From Puniceicoccales bacterium (GTDB lineage Bacteria > Verrucomicrobiota > Verrucomicrobiia > Opitutales > JAIRLG01): DNA of 32,000 nt. The number at the start of each line of letters is the position of its first letter. The first letter of the stretch is position 1. The notes under the pieces are model-generated. The model searched no databases, was not told where the DNA came from, and saw only the letters and a program-made list of their open reading frames with translations. This document shows, piece after piece, positions 1-7,827 of this stretch. The DNA lies in the NCBI GenBank assembly GCA_031288595.1, contig JAITRB010000006.1:13842-45841 (forward strand), in the 5' to 3' direction. Made by a program: the position numbers and the translations under genes.

Positions 1-1
1 C

Positions 2-409
2 CCCCGCTTCCAGATCACAGGCGCTACGGCGCGGCGGGGAGAGATCGTCCAGGACTTCCAGAGCCTCTCCGGACCGGCCGCCTTCCTGATCAGCCTGCGG
101 GCTGGTGGGGTCGGCATCACCCTGACGGCGGCAGACTATGTCTTTCTGATGGATCCCTGGTGGAATCCATCCGTGGAACGGCAGGCCATCGACCGCGTCC
201 ACCGCTGGGGGCAAAAGCACTCCATCATCGCCTACCGCTTCATCAGCAGCGGCACGCTGGAGGAGCAGATCCAGCAGCTAAAGGCGAAGAAGGAGCAGCT
301 CTTTCGCCACGTTCTGGATCCCCTCCTGGGCCCTGGGGGCGCCACCGATTTCTTCCTCAAGCATCTGCAGGAACTCCTGCGGGAGCCAAAGGAAGGAAAC
401 GAGCATTAG
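2..409 (+). CDS. SNF2/RapA-family helicase, C-terminal fragment (5' end lies outside window)
   Basis: Frame is open from the window edge. Translation ...AAFLISLRAGGVGITLTAADYVFLMDPWWNPSVERQAIDRVHRWGQK... matches the helicase-C motifs typical of SNF2 ATPases. Stop at 407-409. Confidence 0.85.
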   Translation, partial: PRFQITGATARRGEIVQDFQSLSGPAAFLISLRAGGVGITLTAADYVFLMDPWWNPSVERQAIDRVHRWGQKHSIIAYRFISSGTLEEQIQQLKAKKEQLFRHVLDPLLGPGGATDFFLKHLQELLREPKEGNEH

Positions 410-428
410 AGCGATCGCTGAGCCTGGA

Positions 429-527
429 GCCGCCTTGGGGCCCTGTGGGCCCCGGCGCCCGCGGATGCGGGCGCTGGGCGTGAGAGGAAGGGAAAGGGAG
501 TTTCCCTTCCTCTCACGCCAAGGCGGC
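429..527 (+). repeat. Cloverleaf-like nested-palindrome intergenic repeat, copy A
   Basis: Closing stem GCCGCCTTGG (429-438)/CCAAGGCGGC (518-527). Hairpins: GGCCC-tgt-GGGCC (439-451), GCGCCCGC-ggat-GCGGGCGC (455-474), GTGAGAGGAAGGGAAA-gggag-TTTCCCTTCCTCTCAC (480-516). Lies between the convergent stops of the SNF2 gene (409) and nrdR (591). Confidence 0.8.
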
Positions 528-590
528 CCCCACTACTTCTCCAGCCCCTCCAAGAATTCCTGCCAAGTTCTTCCGAAGCGAAGCAGCGCT

Positions 591-1046
591 TCAGGATTCC
601 TCCGAAATGGCCTGGACCGCCGAGGCGAAGTCATTGGGGGTCTGGAAATTCTTATAAACACTCGCGAAGCGGATGTAGGCCATGGGATCGATCTGCCGGA
701 GCTGTTCCAGCACGATATCCCCGATCATCCGGGACGTGAGAGAGCGCTTCTCCTGTCCCTGAATGATTTGGACAATCTGCTGGTGCAACTGCCGGATGCC
801 CTCATCACTGCGAGCGTCCTTTTTAAAGGTTTTTTTCAATGCCGAGAGAATTTTCTGGGGCTCGAAGGTCTCCCGTGAACCGTCGCGCTTGAGGACGACG
901 AGATCGGCGATGCAGCAGTTCTCCAAAGTGGAGAAGCGGTAGCCGCAGCGGGAACAGCGCCGCCGGCGCCGCACCACCCTATCCTCATCCTGTACCCGGG
1001 TAGCGGTGACTTTGGTATCCGGATTCTGGCATTCGGGACAGCGCAT
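591..1046 (-). CDS. nrdR: Transcriptional repressor NrdR
   Basis: 151 aa. N-terminal zinc ribbon MRCPECQ...CSRCGYRFSTLE followed by an ATP-cone-like region (LKRDGSRETFEPQKI...). Length and layout are typical of NrdR. Confidence 0.95.
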   Translation of the reverse strand: MRCPECQNPDTKVTATRVQDEDRVVRRRRRCSRCGYRFSTLENCCIADLVVLKRDGSRETFEPQKILSALKKTFKKDARSDEGIRQLHQQIVQIIQGQEKRSLTSRMIGDIVLEQLRQIDPMAYIRFASVYKNFQTPNDFASAVQAISEES

Positions 1047-1064
1047 GGGAAAAATTAGCCGAGC

Positions 1065-1997
1065 TCAGGTCTCCTCATCGGAGGGTTCCTCCAGAAGCGC
1101 CCGGATATAGTCCTCGCGAGAGAAGGGTTGCAGGTCGTCCGCTTTTTCGCCGAGGCCGATGAAGTAGATGGGGATGTGGAGCTGGTGATAGATGCCGACC
1201 AAGGCACCCCCACGGCTCGTGCCATCCAGTTTTGTCATGATCAGACCACTGAGACCGAGGGTTTGGTGAAATTGTCGGGCCGAGCTGATGGAGTTGATCC
1301 CCAGACTGCCGTCCAGGACGAGCCAGACATGCTCGGCGGCCGGCTCGCCATGCTTCTGCAAAACTCGCCGGATCTTCAGCAGTTCCTGCATCAATCCCTC
1401 CTTGGTGTGCAGGCGTCCGGCGGTATCCAGAAGGAGGAGGTCTTTTCGGCGGTGGCAGGCCGCCCGGTAGCTGTCATAGGCCACCGCGGCCGCATCGGCC
1501 CCCTGCCGGCTGGCGACCAGCTCGAAGCCCAGGCGCCGCGACCAGATGGCGAGCTGCTCATTAGCCGCGACCCGAAAGGTATCGCAGGCTCCCACGAGCA
1601 CCTTCCTCCCCTGCGCCTGGAAAAAATGGGCGCACTTGGCTGCGCTGGTGGTCTTTCCGGAACCGTTCGTCCCAACCAGGTAGATCACTTCCGGTGGCTG
1701 ACCCTCTACGGGTGGGGCTAGGCACCCTTCCGAACCCTCCAGCAGCTGTCGGAGTACCTGGATGGTGACGGCCACAATGTCCTGCACCTGAGGATTTTCT
1801 CCAAAGGCCTGCCGAATCCGGCTGAGGATTTCCCCCGTCGTCTCGACGCCGAAGTCGGCGGCATAGAGGGCCTCCTCAAGCGATTCCAGGCTTTCCGGTC
1901 GCAGCCGGCCGGAGCGGAAAATCCCCCCCAGCTTTTGCGCCAGGTGCCGCTTCGTCTTGCTGAGCCCCTGGCAGAATTTTTTAAACAGGCCGAACAC
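1065..1997 (-). CDS. ftsY: Signal recognition particle receptor FtsY
   Basis: SRP-GTPase motifs GTNGSGKTT, DTAGRLH and TKLDGTSRGG. GTG at 1997 gives an N-terminus (M)FGLFKKFCQGLSKTK typical of short FtsY and has GGAGA about 11 nt upstream. The longest ORF extends to ATG 2096, so the start is uncertain. Confidence 0.9.
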   Translation of the reverse strand: MFGLFKKFCQGLSKTKRHLAQKLGGIFRSGRLRPESLESLEEALYAADFGVETTGEILSRIRQAFGENPQVQDIVAVTIQVLRQLLEGSEGCLAPPVEGQPPEVIYLVGTNGSGKTTSAAKCAHFFQAQGRKVLVGACDTFRVAANEQLAIWSRRLGFELVASRQGADAAAVAYDSYRAACHRRKDLLLLDTAGRLHTKEGLMQELLKIRRVLQKHGEPAAEHVWLVLDGSLGINSISSARQFHQTLGLSGLIMTKLDGTSRGGALVGIYHQLHIPIYFIGLGEKADDLQPFSREDYIRALLEEPSDEET

Positions 1998-2158
1998 CGC
2001 TTCGCTTTCTCCGCTGGAGAAATTTCTTTCCAGGGAAAATCCAAAGGGCCTCCGTCCTGAAGTCCATGCCAAAAGCGATCCTGCTACCGCCCGCATTGGC
2101 CGAATGGCAGGATAAGTAGGCTGTCTGGGTTAAATCAGCTCTGGACCAATATGGCTCG

Positions 2159-2247
2159 GCGCTGTCTTCGCAAGAGGACAACCCCAAAGGGGTTGTCCTC
2201 TTGATGCCCGCTCCGCGGGCGATTCCTCTGGAATCCGAAGACAGCGC
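2159..2247 (-). repeat. Cloverleaf-like nested-palindrome intergenic repeat, copy B (inverted hairpin order)
   Basis: Closing stem GCGCTGTCTTCG (2159-2170)/CGAAGACAGCGC (2236-2247). Hairpins: CAAGAGGACAACCCC-aaa-GGGGTTGTCCTCTTG (2171-2203), GCCCGC-tcc-GCGGGC (2206-2220), GATTCC-tct-GGAATC (2221-2235). Only 2 unpaired nt lie between helices. Confidence 0.8.
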
Positions 2248-3231
2248 TAGGCCTAACGCCCACGGACATCCCCCCATCGGCCCGGAGGCAATGGGGCTTC
2301 TTCAGCGGCTGAAAAAGAGCGAATCACCAGAGCGCTAGACCGACATCTCCCTAGACCAACCCATTTCTTGCGGGCCACCCTATTTCCCCTGCTGAGCCAT
2401 CCCCTTCCCTTCCGCCGATGAAATTTTGTAAAACCGAGATCCGCTTCCGCATCTCTAGGGCTTTCTTTCCCCCCTTTCCAGAACAGGAAAGAGGGATATC
2501 ATGATCATCAGGCATTACCCAACGGGATGCGGATGAAGCTCTCTGGACTCCTGCGCTTGAGAGCGCCTACAATTCTGCCATCGACACCACCGGCAAGAAA
2601 AAAAACAGATCTTCTTTTTTTTACGAGGAGATCCTCTTCCACCATACGGATTCTTTCCCAGGAGGCTACGCCCCTGCGACCTGCTCTCCCGCTTCGGCGG
2701 TCTCCATCCGGTCCATTTTGCCCGGGACTACGACTGGGATTCCCGGGACGTGAAAATTTTGTCCAATGGCTTCATCCTCAAACCGCTTTCCAATCATCGT
2801 CGCAAGAGGAAGCCCGCCGCGCGACCGCCATACCTCATCAACATCTTCCCTCTTGTGCCTACCAGCAAACCTCCAGAGCTTTCTCCTACTAGCCATCATC
2901 CATCATTTACTAGAATACGGCGCTCTCCTGAAAGTTCCCTATCGTGAATTCCAATTCAAGGAGGAGATGAGCAAAGAGAGATGGGCCTTTCTCCCTTCAC
3001 TGAAATCGCGCCCGCGGCGGAAGAAGTGCTGTTGAAAAAAATACTAGGACGCAGGGAAGCGCTGGGCCGTTGCTGGCGAGAGTGAAGGAGCTTTCTCCAC
3101 GCAGGATTCGCCGGGCGCTTCTCCTCACCGAAAAGGGCCCTGGGAGCGACTGCTGCCCAGCGATGACCCTTCCATCTTCTTCCGCCAAATGATCTCCAAA
3201 CAGCCGGATAAGCAGGCTGAATCTGCTCACC

Positions 3232-5592
3232 ATGTCGCTTTTTCCTTGTGCTTTTTGTTCAAACTGCCCTCATGGAGAAGCAGGGGGTTTTTCAATGGAA
3301 GATGGAGGAAGGCATGAGGAGAATTCAGGGGAGCCTGAAGAGGATTTTTCCCCATCGTCCGCAGCACTCGCTGGGCAAGCGGGCCCAGAGGATGGGGGAA
3401 AGGCCAGCGATATCCCTCTACGTGAAATCGGCGAAATCCAGGGGAATGGACATCTTTCCAGTTCTTCGTCGCCAAGATCCTCCAGTCCTTCATTGCCAAC
3501 GGAGGAGTACCCAAGACGCCTTCAGCAAGCGGAAGATCCGTGTGGGCGCAGCGAGAACGGCCGCAGACAGCACTGTGCCGAGCTGCGCGAATCCGATGCG
3601 GGGAAGCGGGTACGCCTGGCCGGCTGGGTTCAGACGATCCGCGACCACGGCGGATTGCTCTTCCTCGACCTTCGCGACCGAGAGGGGATTACCCAAATCG
3701 TCTGCGAACCGGAACGGGAGAATTTGGCGAAAAAGTGCTCGCTTCCCGGCTTCGCTCGAAGCTCCGTCGAGGCTGTCCGCACCGATGGCCAGGAACCCGA
3801 GAAATTTTCCAAAATCCTTCCTCGATTGAAGGAGGAATCCGTCCTTTCGGTCTTCGGTACGGTGCGCCTAAGGCCACCGGAAGCCCGCAACGGGAAGATG
3901 GCCACCGGTGGCATCGAGGTGCTTGCTGAAGGGATCTTCGTTCACAACCTCGCAGCAACGCTGCCCTTTCCCATCGATGACGCTGCCGATAAGGTCAACG
4001 ATGAGCTGCGGTTGAGTTACCGCTATCTCGACCTGCGCCGCCGTAAGAATTTGTGGCGCCTGCGCCTGCGCCACCGGGTCACCCAAGTCGTGCGGCACTA
4101 CCTCGATGGGCAGGGTTTTATCGAAATCGAAACGCCGTTGCTCTTCAAGAACACACCGGAAGGCGCGCGGGAATTTCTGGTGCCGAGCCGCCTTAACCCC
4201 GGGAGCTTCTACGCGCTGAACCAATCGCCGCAGCAGTACAAGCAGATGCTGATGGTGGCTGGGGTAGAGCGCTACTACTCGCTGGCCCGCTGCTTTCGGG
4301 ACGAGGATTTGCGGGCCGACCGCCAACCGGAATTCACTCAGATCGACCTGGAGATGTCCTTCATCCAACGCGAAGATATTTACGAACTCATCGAAGGCCT
4401 CCTGGCGGCGCTGTGGCGGGACGAACAGCTTCAGGAGATACGGGAAAAGCTGGGAAGAGCGGAGTTCCTCCCAGAATGGTCTTCCCCCAGCCAGAACGAG
4501 CTGAAAACGCCCTTTCGTCGGATGGATTTCGGCCTAAGATCCCAGCTCTCCGCCTCCGATGCACCTCTTCCGTTCGCCACCCCGGAAAGGGCCACGGCGA
4601 TGGACAACTACGGCTCCGACAAGCCGGATATCCGCTGGGAATTCCTCATCCAGGATGTGGGAGAGATCTTCCGGAATTCGGAATGTAAAGTTTTTCGCGA
4701 CTGCCTGGCCAAGGGCGGGGTCATCAAAGCCCTCAATCTGAAGGGTCTGGCCGACCTCACGTCGGGCGAGCATCAGCGCTGTGAGGAACTGGCACGATCG
4801 CTGGGCGCCGGCGGTTTGGCCTACATCAAGTGCACCGGCGGTGCTTGGAAATCCCCTATTGTGAAATTTTTTTCCGAAGAAGAGAAGCAGCAGCTCGGCG
4901 AGTTTTTGGGCATCGAAGAGGGCGACCTCATCCTCTTCGCGGCGGATTTTTGGGAGCGAGCCTGTGCGATTTTGGGCCGCCTTCGGCTGGAGGGCATCGG
5001 GCTCCTCCTCAAGCGAGGGAAAGATCAAAGCGCTTCGTCGCGATTTGAATTTCTCTGGGTGGAAAATTTTCCCCTGGTGACCTACCAAGAAGAGGAGAAG
5101 CGCTATGAGGCGACGCACCATCCCTTCACAGCTCCGCTACCGGAGGATGAGTGCGGTCTGATGGACGCGCTGGAAAACGTTCGCAGCCAGCACTACGACC
5201 TCGTGCTGAACGGCGTCGAGCTGGGCGGCGGGAGCATCCGGATTCACGAGGAAGAGCTCCAGCGACGCATTTTTGAAGAAGTGCTCCGAATTCCTCCGGA
5301 AGTGGTCGAAGACCGTTTTGGCTACATGCTAAAGGCATTTCGCTACGGTACACCGCCGCACGGAGGTATCGCCCTCGGTCTCGACCGGCTGGTGGCGATG
5401 CTGGCCGGCACCGACAGCATTCGGGATGTGATGGCTTTTCCCAAGACTCAGAGCGGACAGGAGTTGATGACTGGTTCTCCGACACCGGTTCCCGAACAGC
5501 TGCTGCGCGACCTGCGGATTCGGTCGACGGCCGGCGAGGGATTGAAGGGGAAAACCCGAAAAAATTCAGAAGCGGATGGGGCGGAAGGCTAG
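3232..5592 (+). CDS. aspS: Aspartate--tRNA ligase (possibly non-discriminating), unusually long ORF
   Basis: Class II aaRS motifs FRDEDLRADRQPEFTQIDLEMSF, GGGSIRIH and GTPPHGGIALGLDRLVAML. OB-fold start is HCAELRESDAGKRVRLAGWVQTIRDHGGLLFLDLRDREGI. Conserved core begins near nt 3555. The first ~100 codons are low-complexity with low third-position G+C, so the true start may be downstream (for example TTG 3493). Confidence 0.9.
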   Translation: MSLFPCAFCSNCPHGEAGGFSMEDGGRHEENSGEPEEDFSPSSAALAGQAGPEDGGKASDIPLREIGEIQGNGHLSSSSSPRSSSPSLPTEEYPRRLQQAEDPCGRSENGRRQHCAELRESDAGKRVRLAGWVQTIRDHGGLLFLDLRDREGITQIVCEPERENLAKKCSLPGFARSSVEAVRTDGQEPEKFSKILPRLKEESVLSVFGTVRLRPPEARNGKMATGGIEVLAEGIFVHNLAATLPFPIDDAADKVNDELRLSYRYLDLRRRKNLWRLRLRHRVTQVVRHYLDGQGFIEIETPLLFKNTPEGAREFLVPSRLNPGSFYALNQSPQQYKQMLMVAGVERYYSLARCFRDEDLRADRQPEFTQIDLEMSFIQREDIYELIEGLLAALWRDEQLQEIREKLGRAEFLPEWSSPSQNELKTPFRRMDFGLRSQLSASDAPLPFATPERATAMDNYGSDKPDIRWEFLIQDVGEIFRNSECKVFRDCLAKGGVIKALNLKGLADLTSGEHQRCEELARSLGAGGLAYIKCTGGAWKSPIVKFFSEEEKQQLGEFLGIEEGDLILFAADFWERACAILGRLRLEGIGLLLKRGKDQSASSRFEFLWVENFPLVTYQEEEKRYEATHHPFTAPLPEDECGLMDALENVRSQHYDLVLNGVELGGGSIRIHEEELQRRIFEEVLRIPPEVVEDRFGYMLKAFRYGTPPHGGIALGLDRLVAMLAGTDSIRDVMAFPKTQSGQELMTGSPTPVPEQLLRDLRIRSTAGEGLKGKTRKNSEADGAEG

Positions 5593-5646
5593 AATTTCGG
5601 AGTGGACATTCGGATCGATAGGAATAAAAATGGTGGGCGGATTTTT

Positions 5647-6270
5647 ATGAAAAATATCAGAAATTTTTCGAGGATTGGTCTTCTGAGCACAGCGATCTTG
5701 CTAGCCAGAGGAAGCCTGGCTGCAGTGGCCGAACCGGATCCAGCGGCCTGTCCCCTCTTATCCTTCGACGCCAGTCGGGTGATGGGAAGCTATGCCACGG
5801 TCCAAAGTCGCAACGCGGAGCTGGAAGCGATGGCCAAAAGCCTGCGGCAGGATGCGCAGAAGAAGATGGAGGAATTGGCGGCTTCCCGAAAGGAGATCCA
5901 GGAAGCGGTGGAGAAAATTGACAATCCGGCCCTGACGGACGAGGCACGCGAGAAGATGCGAGCGGAGGTGGACAAGAAGATGGAGGCGCTTCGTGAGAAG
6001 GAGATGAACTTTCAGCGTTGGCAGGAAGATTCGGAGAGCCGTTTGGAGGATGCGCGTTCGGAACTATTGTCCAAGACCATCGGTGAGCTGCGGATGATTT
6101 CCACCGAAATCGCTCAGGAGAAAAGGGCCATCCTCGTCGTCAACCGGGCGAATCCGGACATTCTCTATGCCGCTCCTTTCACCGATATTTCTGACGAAAT
6201 GACTTCTCGTCTCAACCGGCGTTATCCGGTAACGGCGCCGGCTGTAGCCGCAACATCAGCATCCAAGTAA
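5647..6270 (+). CDS. Skp/OmpH-family periplasmic chaperone-like protein
   Basis: ATG 5647 gives the signal-peptide-like MKNIRNFSRIGLLSTAILLARGSLAA. This is followed by a long charged coiled-coil region (AELEAMAKSLRQDAQKKMEELAASRKEIQE...) and a ...AILVVNR... tail, the typical OmpH layout. The longest ORF starts at GTG 5602. Confidence 0.7.
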   Translation: MKNIRNFSRIGLLSTAILLARGSLAAVAEPDPAACPLLSFDASRVMGSYATVQSRNAELEAMAKSLRQDAQKKMEELAASRKEIQEAVEKIDNPALTDEAREKMRAEVDKKMEALREKEMNFQRWQEDSESRLEDARSELLSKTIGELRMISTEIAQEKRAILVVNRANPDILYAAPFTDISDEMTSRLNRRYPVTAPAVAATSASK

Positions 6271-6315
6271 TGGGCGAAAGGAAATGGGCACTGAGGCATT
6301 GAGGACGAAAAGGCC

Positions 6316-6930
6316 GTGAATATCGCCAACTGGGTGACCCTATCGAGAATTCCTTTCCTCTTCCTCATCGTTTTTTTTCTCTATTTGCCTCTGCGCTTTT
6401 CGGCGACACTGGGCTTCGTCCTGTTCGTCCTGGCGGCCTTGACAGATTGGTACGACGGCTACCTGGCTCGTCGCTATGGCCTGATTTCCATCTTCGGAAA
6501 ACTGATGGATGCGTTGAGCGACAAGATACTGATGATCGGGCTGTGGATCACGATTCTTGCCCTACCAAATCCCCGGAATGTCGGCTTTGAAGGAGGGATA
6601 GTACCGCGCTGGACGCTTTTCCTGGTGCTTCTGATCCTGGCGAGGGAATTCCTCATCACCGGTCTGAGGCTGATCGCCTCGGTCAAATCGGTCGTATTGG
6701 CCGCGGAAAATTTGGGGAAGATCAAGACCATCGCTCAAATTTTCAGCACCGGATTTTTCATCCTCTGGTACGCGCTGGTGCGCGATGGCCAAGCTCTCAT
6801 TCCGGAATGCGTCAACACCTTTGTCTATGACCTAGCCATGGGGCTCTTCGCCCTCTCAACCTATTTGACGATCGACTCAGGGATTCGTTATCTCGTCAAG
6901 TACCGCCAATTGCTCCTGCAGGCCGATTGA
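6316..6930 (+). CDS. pgsA: CDP-diacylglycerol--glycerol-3-phosphate 3-phosphatidyltransferase
   Basis: CDP-alcohol phosphatidyltransferase motif DWYDGYLARRYGLISIFGKLMDALSDK. Polytopic membrane protein of ~200 aa. GTG start. Confidence 0.85.
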   Translation: MNIANWVTLSRIPFLFLIVFFLYLPLRFSATLGFVLFVLAALTDWYDGYLARRYGLISIFGKLMDALSDKILMIGLWITILALPNPRNVGFEGGIVPRWTLFLVLLILAREFLITGLRLIASVKSVVLAAENLGKIKTIAQIFSTGFFILWYALVRDGQALIPECVNTFVYDLAMGLFALSTYLTIDSGIRYLVKYRQLLLQAD

Positions 6931-7136
6931 GAACTCCATCCATTGGCTGCGCCCATGGGCCTCAGGCAAGCATTAAAAAGAATCCAAGAGACACTGAAGC
7001 TGGAAAAGCATGTCGAGAAGATCGTCCTGTTTTTTCTCATCTACAGGGAAAGCTGAAGAAGGAGCTGAAGATAAAGAGAAGGATCAAGAAACTACGGCCC
7101 AGCCTCTGGGTCCAGTGCCTCCCTAAACCCTGGCTC

Positions 7137-7610
7137 ATGGGAATAGCGACACTGGGGCCAGTGGGGAATAAACTCTTCGCGCCCGGGAGCTGGGCATCTC
7201 TGGCCGGTCTGGGCTTCTACTCCTTCTGCTACCGCGAGCTGCCGGCTTGGGGATTTCTTTGTCTCGCTGCGTTCAGTATTTTCTGCATCGCCATTCCCAT
7301 CTGCGATGCTGCTGAGCGGGAAGTGGGGGTGAAAGACCCGTACTGCATCGTTCTGGACGAGTTCGTCGCGATGCCGCTCTGCTTCTTCGGCTTTTACGTG
7401 AGTCCGGAGAGTCATCTGCTCTGGTTCCTGCTCGGCGTGGGCTTCGTGCTCTTCCGCTACTTCGACATCTGGAAGCCGCTGGGGATTTACAAGTTGCAGG
7501 ACTGGCGCGGAGGAAAGGGGATCGTCATCGACGATCTCGCCGCGGCCCTGGCGACGAACCTCGTCCTCCACATCTTCTTCCGTACAGACGGTCTCTGCCG
7601 GTTCTTCTGA
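7137..7610 (+). CDS. pgpA: Phosphatidylglycerophosphatase A
   Basis: PgpA-like blocks IATLGPVGNKLFAPGSWASLAGL, IVLDEFVAM, FRYFDIWKP and GKGIVIDDLAAA. The longest ORF starts at TTG 6927, overlapping the pgsA stop, but codons 6927-7050 have low third-position G+C. The start is therefore uncertain (7137 or an upstream non-ATG codon). Confidence 0.8.
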   Translation: MGIATLGPVGNKLFAPGSWASLAGLGFYSFCYRELPAWGFLCLAAFSIFCIAIPICDAAEREVGVKDPYCIVLDEFVAMPLCFFGFYVSPESHLLWFLLGVGFVLFRYFDIWKPLGIYKLQDWRGGKGIVIDDLAAALATNLVLHIFFRTDGLCRFF

Positions 7611-7633
7611 GTGCTATCTTTCTATCGGCAGGA

Positions 7634-7748
7634 GTGGGGGCCGCCTTTGGAAGGCTCCTGCTTCTGGCTCGCGGCGCGAGCCGCGGGAAGGAGGGAATGA
7701 AAAGGCATGCCTTTTCACTCCCTCCTTCCCGCCAAAGGCGGCCCCTAC
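7634..7748 (+). repeat. Cloverleaf-like nested-palindrome intergenic repeat, copy C
   Basis: Closing stem GGGGCCGCCTTTGG (7637-7650)/CCAAAGGCGGCCCC (7732-7745), extendable to 7634/7748. Hairpin GGCTCGC-ggc-GCGAGCC (7666-7682). A 46-nt palindrome at 7685-7730 has one A.C mismatch (7697/7718). The first short hairpin is not evident. Lies between convergent stops 7610 and 7828. Confidence 0.75.
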
Positions 7749-7827
7749 CCAGAACAGCCAGAAGCCCTCGACGCCACGGTCCTCTCTCAGAACGGCCGAC
7801 AACGCCTCTCTTTTTACGTTTCTCTTT

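Noticed and set aside
2100-2420. Tested whether the structured region upstream of ftsY is RNase P RNA, tmRNA or SRP RNA
   Set aside because: I found none of the following on either strand: GAGGAAAGUCCGGGC (P4), ACAGAACCCGGCUUA, the tmRNA 5' GGGG...UUCGAC / 3' T-arm-CCA, or the SRP GGUCC-GGAA-GGAAGCAGC motif. The structure is instead explained as copy B of the repeat family.
2596-2630. A8 - AGATCT - T8 tract (AAGAAAAAAAACAGATCTTCTTTTTTTT)
   Set aside because: It is only an approximate palindrome, since the G/C interruptions do not align. There is no GC stem preceding the T-run, so it is not a credible intrinsic terminator. It may just be an A/T tract in a promoter-side gap, and is mentioned under the gene-poor region.
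2967-3035. 22-codon peptide ORF (MSKERWAFLPSLKSRPRRKKCC) right after AAGGAGGAG
   Set aside because: The Shine-Dalgarno-like sequence ends only 2 nt from the ATG, which is too close. There is no supporting context or recognisable leader-peptide logic.
6927-7136. 70-codon N-terminal extension of pgpA starting at a TTG that overlaps the pgsA stop
   Set aside because: The first ~40 codons have low third-position G+C and no PgpA similarity. It is not fully excluded, because the conserved-looking KPW just precedes ATG 7137 and no other canonical start lies between.
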